IMG/VR virus record: IMGVR_UViG_3300031111_000236
Origin: an uncultured virus (IMG/VR IMGVR_UViG_3300031111_000236)
Lineage: Duplodnaviria > Heunggongvirae > Uroviricota > Caudoviricetes
Length of the DNA stretch: 64,000 nt
Reading direction: 5' to 3' (one strand)
Every line of letters begins with the position of its first letter. Positions within the stretch are counted from its first letter, which is position 1. Of the stretch, positions 20,750 through 29,422 are shown piece by piece. The notes under the pieces are model-generated. The model searched no databases, was not told the DNA's origin, and saw only the letters and a list, made by a program, of their open reading frames with translations. The translations under genes were made by a program, and so were the position numbers.

Positions 20750-22840
20750 ATGGCGAATACCAAGGGTCAGGTTGAACAATCACCTTATGCCACGGACATA
20801 TCACCTCTTGATAGGTGGGGGTCTATACCCATTGCGCCCGATAAGAAGAGTATCCAACTTATCGACATGACACTGCGGATAGCTGTCATAGAGGACCCTG
20901 ACGACCCCAAAACACAACTTGTTTTCCCCAAGGTCCCAAGAGGTGAGGAGCGTATAGAGGTGCAGTGGATATGGATTTACGGCAAGCCCAAGTATGGTAA
21001 GACGACCAAGGGTAAGTCGCTCATCAACTACGCTCTCAAGTCCCGTCGCTACGACCTCAACAAGACGCAGATAATGGAGGGGGAGGACCTCAACCCTATG
21101 ATGGACGAAATCAAGAGGGGTACAGAGGTCGTCATTCTGCATATCAACGATGCTCATCAGCACCAGTCCACTTTTGCTATGGCATCTTATCAAGGTCGTG
21201 AGCACGCTGATGTCACTTTCCTGGCGAGACACATATTCAAACAGCAGTCAGGTCTCCCTTACGGTATTCTGATTATCATAGCCAATGCTCAGGAGTTCAG
21301 GAGCATTAACAAGTGGATTCGTGACCAGGCAGTCATGATGTGCTACTGTGGTAATATCGCTGAGGACGATAATATCGCCAGGATGCCTCCAGCTTACAAG
21401 GGCCTCTTGGGGCGTATTACAACGCAGGTGGAGGAGTACAAGGACCAGAAGTTCAAGAGTGACATGGTGGTAATTCTCCCGCACAGACTCACGGGCAACG
21501 TGTCCATGAGCGAGTACAACGACCCTGAGAAGTCCCCCTATGGCCTCGTGCATCTCGACCCTTTGAAGCGTGTGTGCTATGAACCTGGGTGTAACACCAT
21601 ATTTAGGAAGTTCCTTTTGAAGTGTCCTGCTTGCGGCTCCAGCAATGTCAAGGAGGTTCTTGAGTACCCTTACCTCGACTCGAAAACATCCACGGAGCGT
21701 GTGAAGCTCTTCCCGTATGACCAGGTAGTCAGACAGATAGAAGGGAAGACCACTGCAAGGATTACGTTTGAGCAGATGGAGCTTCGTGAGAAGGTAATAG
21801 ACAAGCTCTACTCTGGTATGCTCGAAGAGAACATCAACCCGCTGAAGCAAAGACAGGAGTTCCTGAACACTCTCGTTTACAGGGCCAAGGACTGGCTCAA
21901 CAATGAGGACGAGGACCTCCAGATGCGTGATATCAAGATATTCGAGAAGGAGATGAAGAAAATCTATCACTCCCTCTTGGGACGATACAAGGCTGACAAG
22001 GGTATCAGCCCTGACGAGGGCGAGATGGAGGTCGAGGAGATTGACTTCTCCTCGGGCGGCAAGAAGAGGGACACATTCACCTCAGTACGCTACGTGCCAG
22101 ACTTGATAGGAACTCTCAACAAGATGATACAAGAGGGTAACGTTCAGGACCTTCGCCATGCTAAGATTTTCAAAGAGTTTTACTTCGAAAAGAAAACTGG
22201 CGAGTTCATCAAGAACCCAGAGAATCGACCCAAAGCCGCCGACCTCGCTTACAAGTACAAGCTCCAGAGAAGCTGGATAAACAATATCATTTCGCCGAAC
22301 AGGAAGGGCTCCATATTCGCCGCCCTCTTGAGGAGAGTGGGTCATGAGTATGAGGATTGGGTAGCCAAACACTTGTCTATGTATAATGCCCTACCATACC
22401 TAAATTATGACGGCCACAGGAAGGTGATTCTCTGCGGTGGTCAGGGAGAGCCAGATGTAATAGTAGGTGGGACCAGGGACGGTAAGGACGTTATCGATAT
22501 TATCTCATGCAAGCTCACTCTCTTCTGGACTGAGAAGAGCTACAGGACAGACGTAAGTCATCCTGACCACTGCGCAATCGCTCCAGAGGCCAAGACTTAC
22601 TCGTCGTTTCGCAAGCAGGGCTTTGCGGAGGTAACAAGGATAGATGGGACCCCTATCAAGATATCGTGTTCGACAGACCAGGAAATCAACATTATAATGC
22701 TGGTCCGTAACAGTTTCTACGATGAGATGGAGCTTATGTACAGGTGGGGTCGCCTAAAAGACATACCAAAGAACCTTACTGTATCGAAGGACCAGTATGA
22801 CAAACTTAAGGAGCAACGGGTCCATTGGCGACCTATTTAA
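20750..22840 (+). CDS. P-loop NTPase fused to a Zn ribbon and a probable PD-(D/E)xK-like nuclease domain
   Basis: Walker A GKPKYGKT; Walker B-like ILHIND; CYEPGC...CPAC; YEDWVA...GEPDVIV...ISCK. Confidence 0.6.
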   Translation: MANTKGQVEQSPYATDISPLDRWGSIPIAPDKKSIQLIDMTLRIAVIEDPDDPKTQLVFPKVPRGEERIEVQWIWIYGKPKYGKTTKGKSLINYALKSRRYDLNKTQIMEGEDLNPMMDEIKRGTEVVILHINDAHQHQSTFAMASYQGREHADVTFLARHIFKQQSGLPYGILIIIANAQEFRSINKWIRDQAVMMCYCGNIAEDDNIARMPPAYKGLLGRITTQVEEYKDQKFKSDMVVILPHRLTGNVSMSEYNDPEKSPYGLVHLDPLKRVCYEPGCNTIFRKFLLKCPACGSSNVKEVLEYPYLDSKTSTERVKLFPYDQVVRQIEGKTTARITFEQMELREKVIDKLYSGMLEENINPLKQRQEFLNTLVYRAKDWLNNEDEDLQMRDIKIFEKEMKKIYHSLLGRYKADKGISPDEGEMEVEEIDFSSGGKKRDTFTSVRYVPDLIGTLNKMIQEGNVQDLRHAKIFKEFYFEKKTGEFIKNPENRPKAADLAYKYKLQRSWINNIISPNRKGSIFAALLRRVGHEYEDWVAKHLSMYNALPYLNYDGHRKVILCGGQGEPDVIVGGTRDGKDVIDIISCKLTLFWTEKSYRTDVSHPDHCAIAPEAKTYSSFRKQGFAEVTRIDGTPIKISCSTDQEINIIMLVRNSFYDEMELMYRWGRLKDIPKNLTVSKDQYDKLKEQRVHWRPI

Positions 22841-22916
22841 ACCTTTTCCTGAACGTATATATAATTGTCTTATCCTCTCTAATTCAACAAGCCCCCTTTT
22901 AGGGGGAGGTGAGACC

Positions 22917-24125
22917 TTGCCTACGAAGACACCCAAGGGATGGACAGACGATAGGGAGAGGCATCGCATGGCTCGTGCTGGTATAATGAGTAGTAAGAGC
23001 TACAATTTTGCGCCTTTCACTTCCTCATATCCTGGTGTGTTCGCAAGCAGTGATGTTGACGAGGACAAGATTTTTGAGCAGTACGCCAAAACCATCACTG
23101 CGGCTATCAAGGCTGAGAAGGGACTCGGTAAGGATGAGCAGGTAGTCTACGAGATTGACGAGGAGATACCCGAGAACGTCCGCAAGAGGCTTATGAAGGC
23201 TGAGGGCAGGGTGACCATCCTTGACGACGGGAAGACGATTATACTCGACTTAACGGCTCAAGGGGCGAAAGCACCTACGGAAGACGAAACGAGGGGTGAA
23301 GAGCCCAAAGAAAGCCCTAAGCCGAAACCAGAGTCACCGCAGTATCTCCCAGAAAAACTCTTTGATGAACTAATGCAGACTGACTGGAACGATGGCGAGA
23401 TAGTAGGACTTCCAATGCCGATGACTCGACAGCAAAAGAACGACTTGCTTGAGAAGTATCCAAAGGCTTTAATCAAGGACAATCAAGTCACCATCTTCAC
23501 GTCGGGTATGGTCAAGCAAGTACCAAAGACACCGAAGAAGGGATTACCTAAGCCTGAACCTAAACGCAAGCCGAAAGGTCCGCTTCCATCAACTGTCACT
23601 ACGAGCTACAAGGGAAAGCAAGTGAAGTTCGACCCGAAGGAAGCATCTGATACGAGGTTCACCAAGATAAACGCCAAGATAGCCGAGGATTACGGGATGA
23701 TGCGTCCTGTGAAGAGGGCTAAAGACGTGACTGTCTATCTCCCTGAGAGGAACACATACGGCGAAAAGAACTCTTACTGGTTCGACCTTCTTGATTCTTG
23801 GATGCTTATGATGGCTGGTTGGGAAGTTGTAGAGAGCACCGCTTGGAAGGCTCGCATGACTGTAGCAAGCCCAGAGCAAACCCCAATACTGACAAAGGGG
23901 ACCTTCACGGCAGTGTATATCAGACCTATTGATGTCAAGCTCCAGTTCTACGCTCATGACTCAAAGGGTGATACATACGATATGCCTCCTGGTAAGTACA
24001 AGTTCAGGAAAGCTGGCGAGTTGGCGATGATTATACCCGCTGACAAAGACTGGACTGACACGAAGGCTATCAGGTTTGTCGATAGGACGCTTGCCAAGGG
24101 AATGGTCAGAGCGAGCCTTGTCTGA
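22917..24125 (+). CDS. Hypothetical protein with RHG-type leader and P/K-rich linkers
   Basis: TTG start after GGAGGTGA gives MPTKTPKGWTDDRERHRMARAGI (ORF track start 22797 overlaps upstream gene). Confidence 0.7.
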   Translation: MPTKTPKGWTDDRERHRMARAGIMSSKSYNFAPFTSSYPGVFASSDVDEDKIFEQYAKTITAAIKAEKGLGKDEQVVYEIDEEIPENVRKRLMKAEGRVTILDDGKTIILDLTAQGAKAPTEDETRGEEPKESPKPKPESPQYLPEKLFDELMQTDWNDGEIVGLPMPMTRQQKNDLLEKYPKALIKDNQVTIFTSGMVKQVPKTPKKGLPKPEPKRKPKGPLPSTVTTSYKGKQVKFDPKEASDTRFTKINAKIAEDYGMMRPVKRAKDVTVYLPERNTYGEKNSYWFDLLDSWMLMMAGWEVVESTAWKARMTVASPEQTPILTKGTFTAVYIRPIDVKLQFYAHDSKGDTYDMPPGKYKFRKAGELAMIIPADKDWTDTKAIRFVDRTLAKGMVRASLV

Positions 24126-24192
24126 GCCCCAGACTTACCTTATAAATCAGTCGGCAAAGGTTTAAATACAATACGTATGATTTTTAACCCTA

Positions 24193-24534
24193 ATGGAGCG
24201 AGTAGTCCCGTTCGTACCGATAGAGAGGCCCGAGCCGATGTCTAAAGGCGATGCCATGAAGATACTGGCAGAGACGCTTGACCTTGTGGCTGACGGTAGA
24301 GCTGACTTGATGACAGTAGACGCACGTACAAAGTCGCTGTACACCAAGCTCTTGATGGACATGGATTCTGAACTGTTGGATAGCTATAGGGATGTCTTCT
24401 TGAAGATAAACTTCGTGAGGTCTCTTTGCTCCCTCTCACCAGTCAAGGTTGCTCGCTCGCCAATACTACTCCCTCTTGAGAGGATGATATACGGTGGTGA
24501 AATCGATGAAGAGATACCTCTTATCGGCGGTTAG
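24193..24534 (+). CDS. Hypothetical protein
   Basis: 113-aa ORF about 30 nt after TTTAAATA (24161). Confidence 0.55.
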   Translation: MERVVPFVPIERPEPMSKGDAMKILAETLDLVADGRADLMTVDARTKSLYTKLLMDMDSELLDSYRDVFLKINFVRSLCSLSPVKVARSPILLPLERMIYGGEIDEEIPLIGG

Positions 24535-26269
24535 CTTACTCGTACTCGTGACCATAGTTCTGACAGTTTTCTCTGCACACGCTCAGGGTGCTAACATAGT
24601 GGCAGTGCAGTTGACTACACGTGACATTGACACGGGTGAGCCTCTCCCGAACTCTACTGTGTATCTGAATAACAACCTTCTTGGTAAGACCGACCCCAAC
24701 GGCAACCTCTTGGTAGTCACTTCGGCTGGCGAGAAGGACATCGAGATTGTGAAAGGTGGTTACGAGCGTGAGAACCAAGAGGTTTTCTGGGCTACAGACG
24801 GTGCGCATGAGGTATCTATGACCCCAACGGAAGACGTTTCTATAGACTTCCTCGGTGTATGTGGCATCATGATACTGTTTGCCGCAGTGTCAGTTATAGC
24901 TATCGTCCTGTTCATGAGGAAAAAGGATGACAAGAAGAAGAACCTCATGGGCATCACTACTTTCGCACTCCTCGCTGTGATACTCTTCATGGCGAGTACA
25001 ATTATGACCCCTCCTGCGTATGCTGAGAATGAGGACACAAGAGGCGTGACAGACAACATAATTACCAAGGGTGTTAATGATGTGGGTTTCATTGCGAGCA
25101 TACCATACACTCTTGACATCTCAGAGACTGTTACAAGGACTGGACTTGGAATTGAAGAGGCGGACAGAAGGGTGAGTGTAGGAATCGATTTCGATACACC
25201 AGAAAAGGAAGATGAGCGTGGCCTATTCGACTCTTCGACAGTGAAATGGTGGGACTACGATAGCAGGGTAGGAGCTACGACAGGAGAGTACATTGTTGGT
25301 AATTCTATTGCCATCAAACAACCTACCTCTTTCATCGACTATAAGACCGCCTACCTGCGAGAGAGCACAGAGGTCCTTTCATCTGTCTCGTTCACTGGTC
25401 GTGCGGGGGAGGAGTTCTATTCGTTCGATTTCCCGCAGTTCAGCTTACAGCCCCTGTTGGATTGGCCAACTTCTATCGCTGTAGGTGATACAGCGGTACA
25501 AGTCGCTATAGACCCTGACCTCCTTTCGTTGGACGGTTTTGAGAGTGATTTTGCTGATAAGTTCGGTATCAGCTTTGATAACGTGCAGACTGCTACACAG
25601 TCGTCAGGACAGACTTTTATCAGTACCCTATCACCTGGTAACGGTATCCTATCTGGATTTCTCGGTAACGGTATAACCTCGCTTGCCGAGGATAAGTTCA
25701 AGAGCGAACTTGAAGATGCCAAGAGGGGTGCGCAAGAGGCTCTCGACAAGTTGGAGTCAAAGCTCAAAATACCAATCTATTTTAACGTAGTCATTGAGGT
25801 CACTGTTTCCTTCCTCGGGTCCGTGGTTACAGTACCGATATCTATACCGATTATCCTCTTACTCCACTCTATGAAGGACAGATATGATGACTTGAAAACA
25901 TCCAACAGTGTCAAAAAGGTTTACAAGGGGAGTGACTGTCTGGTTGTTGGTAAGGTTAGCGGTAAGGTCCCGATATTCATACCTTTCCAGAGGTTTATAT
26001 CGCACTCAAGTGTCATAGACATCAATGTACGTGCCGAAGGGTGCTTCTATAGGGACAGGTACGACAGTGGCAAGGTAGCAGTTCCTGACCTCGTTGTGGG
26101 TGGTCACGACTTCCCGATATTGAACAATGTAATAGAAGCCACAGTGACTGGTATCTATAATTTCGTACAACCTGATGACGATGAGCTACGTGTGGTGTAC
26201 GCACCCTATTACGAGTTCAGAGCCAATGATGACACGAACTACGAGACCAAGACCTTCAGGGTCGCATGA
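24506..26269 (+). CDS. Secreted/membrane protein with PEGA/carboxypeptidase-regulatory-like N-terminal domain
   Basis: Signal peptide; DTGEPLPNSTVYLN...GKTDPNG...KGGYE; internal TM, basic loop and second signal-like helix. Confidence 0.65.
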   Translation: MKRYLLSAVSLLVLVTIVLTVFSAHAQGANIVAVQLTTRDIDTGEPLPNSTVYLNNNLLGKTDPNGNLLVVTSAGEKDIEIVKGGYERENQEVFWATDGAHEVSMTPTEDVSIDFLGVCGIMILFAAVSVIAIVLFMRKKDDKKKNLMGITTFALLAVILFMASTIMTPPAYAENEDTRGVTDNIITKGVNDVGFIASIPYTLDISETVTRTGLGIEEADRRVSVGIDFDTPEKEDERGLFDSSTVKWWDYDSRVGATTGEYIVGNSIAIKQPTSFIDYKTAYLRESTEVLSSVSFTGRAGEEFYSFDFPQFSLQPLLDWPTSIAVGDTAVQVAIDPDLLSLDGFESDFADKFGISFDNVQTATQSSGQTFISTLSPGNGILSGFLGNGITSLAEDKFKSELEDAKRGAQEALDKLESKLKIPIYFNVVIEVTVSFLGSVVTVPISIPIILLLHSMKDRYDDLKTSNSVKKVYKGSDCLVVGKVSGKVPIFIPFQRFISHSSVIDINVRAEGCFYRDRYDSGKVAVPDLVVGGHDFPILNNVIEATVTGIYNFVQPDDDELRVVYAPYYEFRANDDTNYETKTFRVA

Positions 26270-26344
26270 GGCTATATAAACGTTACCCTCAACCTATAAA
26301 TACAATAATAAGGTATAATGCCATATCAAGGAGAGTGCCGTAAT

Positions 26345-27622
26345 ATGAGCAAAAATTCGAAAGGTTTCCAGGATAACCCGAATCGCCACGGGCTGAACAG
26401 CAGAGGCATCCCAAACCAGAGGAGCTTCGGCATAGTACCTGGCTTTTACAAGTCGGAGAACAGGTCCGACTACAAGCAGAAGAGGTACATGAAGGACGAG
26501 AAAGCTAAGACGGCGAGACGGAACTTCAGGAAGGCCACTAAAACGGGTGGGTTCAGCGGTTCTGGGGATAGGAGGAAGTTCGAACCTGGTCGTGAGACCT
26601 ACAAAGCCAAGTACTCTCCAATCGGCTTCGAGGTGACCAGAAAGGACAAGCCTGGTCCTAAGTGGGGCTATCTCGAATATATGTACGTTGGCAAGAACAA
26701 GGCTGTCCCAGAGCAGGACACTTGGGCTGGTATATCCACTATGGGTGAGCTAAAGGATTCTATGCTCGCTATGGAGGCCGACCTTGAAGAGGGACGCATC
26801 ACTCGTGACACCTTCAGGTGGCGCATCTACCAGTACCACATGGCCTTAATCTCGATGGGGGACAAGGACCACAACGGTGAGTTCCGCAACAAGCAAAAGA
26901 GAAAGGAAGCCAACGAGTTCCTCAGACTCACTCTCATCAAGTACGATATGTACGACCCCGACGACCCGAACCAGAGTTGGGCCGAGATAGGGGAGAGCGA
27001 CTTTTTCCGTAAGATGAGGCCCCTCTCGAAGAAGAAGGACTGTGTGCGCAAAGATGAAATTTGCGCTGACGATGTAATATGGCTCGACAAGAAAGGCAAA
27101 CCTACGAAGAACAAGTCCGAAGCCGTAAAATACAGAATCAAGGACATCAGGGTCCCTGGTACAAACAAGAGTACCCTGACAGTCGGCGACAGGATGCACA
27201 ACAAGCAGATAGACGGCTGGCTCAAGGAACTCGAAGAGGAGAAGAAGAGGAAAGAGACCGAAAAGAAGTCCAAGGAAGGCCGAACCGCTCAAAAGAAGGC
27301 TCGCAAGAAGCCTGGTGGTCGTCGCCAGTTAAAAAAAAAAAATAAATCCCACGGGTCCCCCCAAAGGTCGTCAGTAGGTTCTATCGAAAGGTCGCTTGAG
27401 TCCTCCGATAGTCCTACTCTCGTGGCGATGAGGATGGTGGAGGATGCCAAAGCGGATGGTGTTACTAAGGGCTCTACGCATACCAAAGCGCAGTTCTCGA
27501 ACATCTACACCGCTACGATGCGCTCAGACCTCAGTGGTAAGCAGAAGCAGGAAATAATTGACTACCTGACCACACAGATAGACCGTAGGGGTTGGGACAG
27601 CACCTCTATTCTGGTAGGGTGA
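26345..27622 (+). CDS. Basic protein with RHG leader; paralog of 47430 ORF
   Basis: GFQDNPNRHGLNSRGIPNQRSF; K/R-rich. Confidence 0.75.
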   Translation: MSKNSKGFQDNPNRHGLNSRGIPNQRSFGIVPGFYKSENRSDYKQKRYMKDEKAKTARRNFRKATKTGGFSGSGDRRKFEPGRETYKAKYSPIGFEVTRKDKPGPKWGYLEYMYVGKNKAVPEQDTWAGISTMGELKDSMLAMEADLEEGRITRDTFRWRIYQYHMALISMGDKDHNGEFRNKQKRKEANEFLRLTLIKYDMYDPDDPNQSWAEIGESDFFRKMRPLSKKKDCVRKDEICADDVIWLDKKGKPTKNKSEAVKYRIKDIRVPGTNKSTLTVGDRMHNKQIDGWLKELEEEKKRKETEKKSKEGRTAQKKARKKPGGRRQLKKKNKSHGSPQRSSVGSIERSLESSDSPTLVAMRMVEDAKADGVTKGSTHTKAQFSNIYTATMRSDLSGKQKQEIIDYLTTQIDRRGWDSTSILVG

Positions 27623-27632
27623 TACTCTGAGC

Positions 27633-28043
27633 GTGAAGCCCCTCTATACATTCCTTCTTGTCGCTGTTCTCCTCTTGTCTGCATTATCCATACCAGGTAT
27701 GGCCAAAGCAGAAGAGGTAGAGGGTGATACCGCCGCCGATGCCGAAGATTATTTCGGTAATGTTACCATCAATCTTGATACTGGTGATAGTGGTGGTGAC
27801 GAATTGGTGGGTGATATCAATATCACAGTTTTCAATGGTAGTGGTGAGGACATAGACAACGCCGTTACCACTATTACCACACTCATGTACACCATCTGTG
27901 GTGTAGTACTGATAGTACTTCTTGTACCTATCATTCTCGCCGTTGTGTGGATAATCAGCAAGTGGAGAGAGGGCAAGTACTATAAGTGCATGGCTGATGG
28001 CTCTTGCGGGACCAAGAAGTCCAACAAAAAGAAGAAGAAGTGA
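27633..28043 (+). CDS. Small type I membrane protein
   Basis: Signal peptide, acidic ectodomain, TM helix, poly-K tail. Confidence 0.65.
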   Translation: MKPLYTFLLVAVLLLSALSIPGMAKAEEVEGDTAADAEDYFGNVTINLDTGDSGGDELVGDINITVFNGSGEDIDNAVTTITTLMYTICGVVLIVLLVPIILAVVWIISKWREGKYYKCMADGSCGTKKSNKKKKK

Positions 28044-28049
28044 TGGTCA

Positions 28050-28355
28050 ATGGGTCTGTTCTGGACACCGAAACCACGTGGAAGCGCAAAGCGAAATAGT
28101 CTACCATCAGGGTGGACACCGAAGAAGTCGAGAAAGACCAGTGGCAGAGGTAGAGTTAAAGTAGTCGAGCCTTGTGTCTTGTATCGTGGTAGAAACAGAG
28201 CTAAGGCACTCGCCATAGCTCACGGGTTCAGGAAGCGTCATCCACTTACACCGATGCAGTTCATAGGCAATCCCGACGACCCTAATTTCAAGGGTCAGTT
28301 TTTGGTATTGCGCAAAGATAGAGCGTGCAAAAGGCAAGTCAGTTTCCGCAGATAA
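28050..28355 (+). CDS. Small highly basic protein
   Basis: 101-aa R/K-rich ORF in operon spacing. Confidence 0.55.
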   Translation: MGLFWTPKPRGSAKRNSLPSGWTPKKSRKTSGRGRVKVVEPCVLYRGRNRAKALAIAHGFRKRHPLTPMQFIGNPDDPNFKGQFLVLRKDRACKRQVSFRR

Positions 28356-28415
28356 TACAATATATAAAGATTTCGCAGTCATCTTAAATACTCCTGGCAT
28401 CTTCCTAATACGTAG

Positions 28416-28811
28416 ATGTCATGGGAATCGGATAGTCGAAGACACAAGCTCTCCTCTTCGGGAATCCCGAATAAGAAGAGCTTCGCTATGACTGGACATA
28501 GTGTCATACAGTGGGAAGGTAATCCCATCAATGTGGGGTACACACCCATTAGTGGTGGTAAAAAGCCACCAGTTGGGACACTAAGTCTTAGTTCCGACAA
28601 TCTTGACTCTCCGTCCTTGCACGATGTGAACGCATCAGGTGACTACACCATCAGTGCGGTGAGCGAAGCCGACCAAAGCCTCCTCTTGAAGCTGGTTGGC
28701 TATCTGCATACCAATCAGATGGTAGTTCGCTTAAAGAACGGTGATGCGCTGGTCCCAGAGAAGACCAGTCGTGGAACCTTGACCCTCGTACTGAAGGAGG
28801 GTAAGAAATGA
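28416..28811 (+). CDS. Hypothetical protein with RHG-type leader
   Basis: WESDSRRHKLSSSGIPNKKSFA. Confidence 0.7.
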   Translation: MSWESDSRRHKLSSSGIPNKKSFAMTGHSVIQWEGNPINVGYTPISGGKKPPVGTLSLSSDNLDSPSLHDVNASGDYTISAVSEADQSLLLKLVGYLHTNQMVVRLKNGDALVPEKTSRGTLTLVLKEGKK

Positions 28812-29422
28812 GCAAGAAAGCTGGATGGTCTGGGGACCAGAAGAGGCATGGCTTATCGAGCCAAGGAATAAGTAGTACCAAGCATCTGCCTACTCCAGTT
28901 TCTCCACGTCCTATGACTATACCTCAGCCCTCGTTTCCCGTTACTGACCCTAACATGATGGTCAAGTTCTCTGGTATGATGCAGAATCTTATGTCTGACA
29001 ACATTCAAGACCCAGAGAAGCGAGACTTCGAGAACAGGTCTTATAACTTCGCCTACGACTATATTAGGGGTGCGACCAAGCATTATACACAGGCGGAGCG
29101 TAACAGGTACTTTTCTAATCCAAATTTCATATACTATCTTGACACAGCCTATCTTCAGAACGTTACACCAGACGCTATGGATAAGTCCAAGAGGGGCCAC
29201 TTCGAGCGGAACTACAAACGTGGCATGAAAGAAATGGAGGGGCGTGTCAGGAAACTGACCCAGGCCAAGGAACGTCTTGAGGCCAAGGTGAAGCATGATG
29301 ACGGGACCAAGGTTATCGTCAAGAAGGATATCTGGGACGTGCTGAAAGAAAAGATTAGCTCGGCGTTCGGTATGAGCCAGGGAGTTGCGGGAAATGAACA
29401 GAAACCAGTTGTTGGCAAGTAG
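28808..29422 (+). CDS. Hypothetical protein with RHG leader
   Basis: GWSGDQKRHGLSSQGI; GGAGG SD. Confidence 0.7.
   Translation: MSKKAGWSGDQKRHGLSSQGISSTKHLPTPVSPRPMTIPQPSFPVTDPNMMVKFSGMMQNLMSDNIQDPEKRDFENRSYNFAYDYIRGATKHYTQAERNRYFSNPNFIYYLDTAYLQNVTPDAMDKSKRGHFERNYKRGMKEMEGRVRKLTQAKERLEAKVKHDDGTKVIVKKDIWDVLKEKISSAFGMSQGVAGNEQKPVVGK

Noticed and set aside
28050..28355. Fifteenth RHG-tagged protein (FWTPKPRGSAKRNSLPSG)
   Set aside because: Lacks the conserved His and GI; similarity too weak
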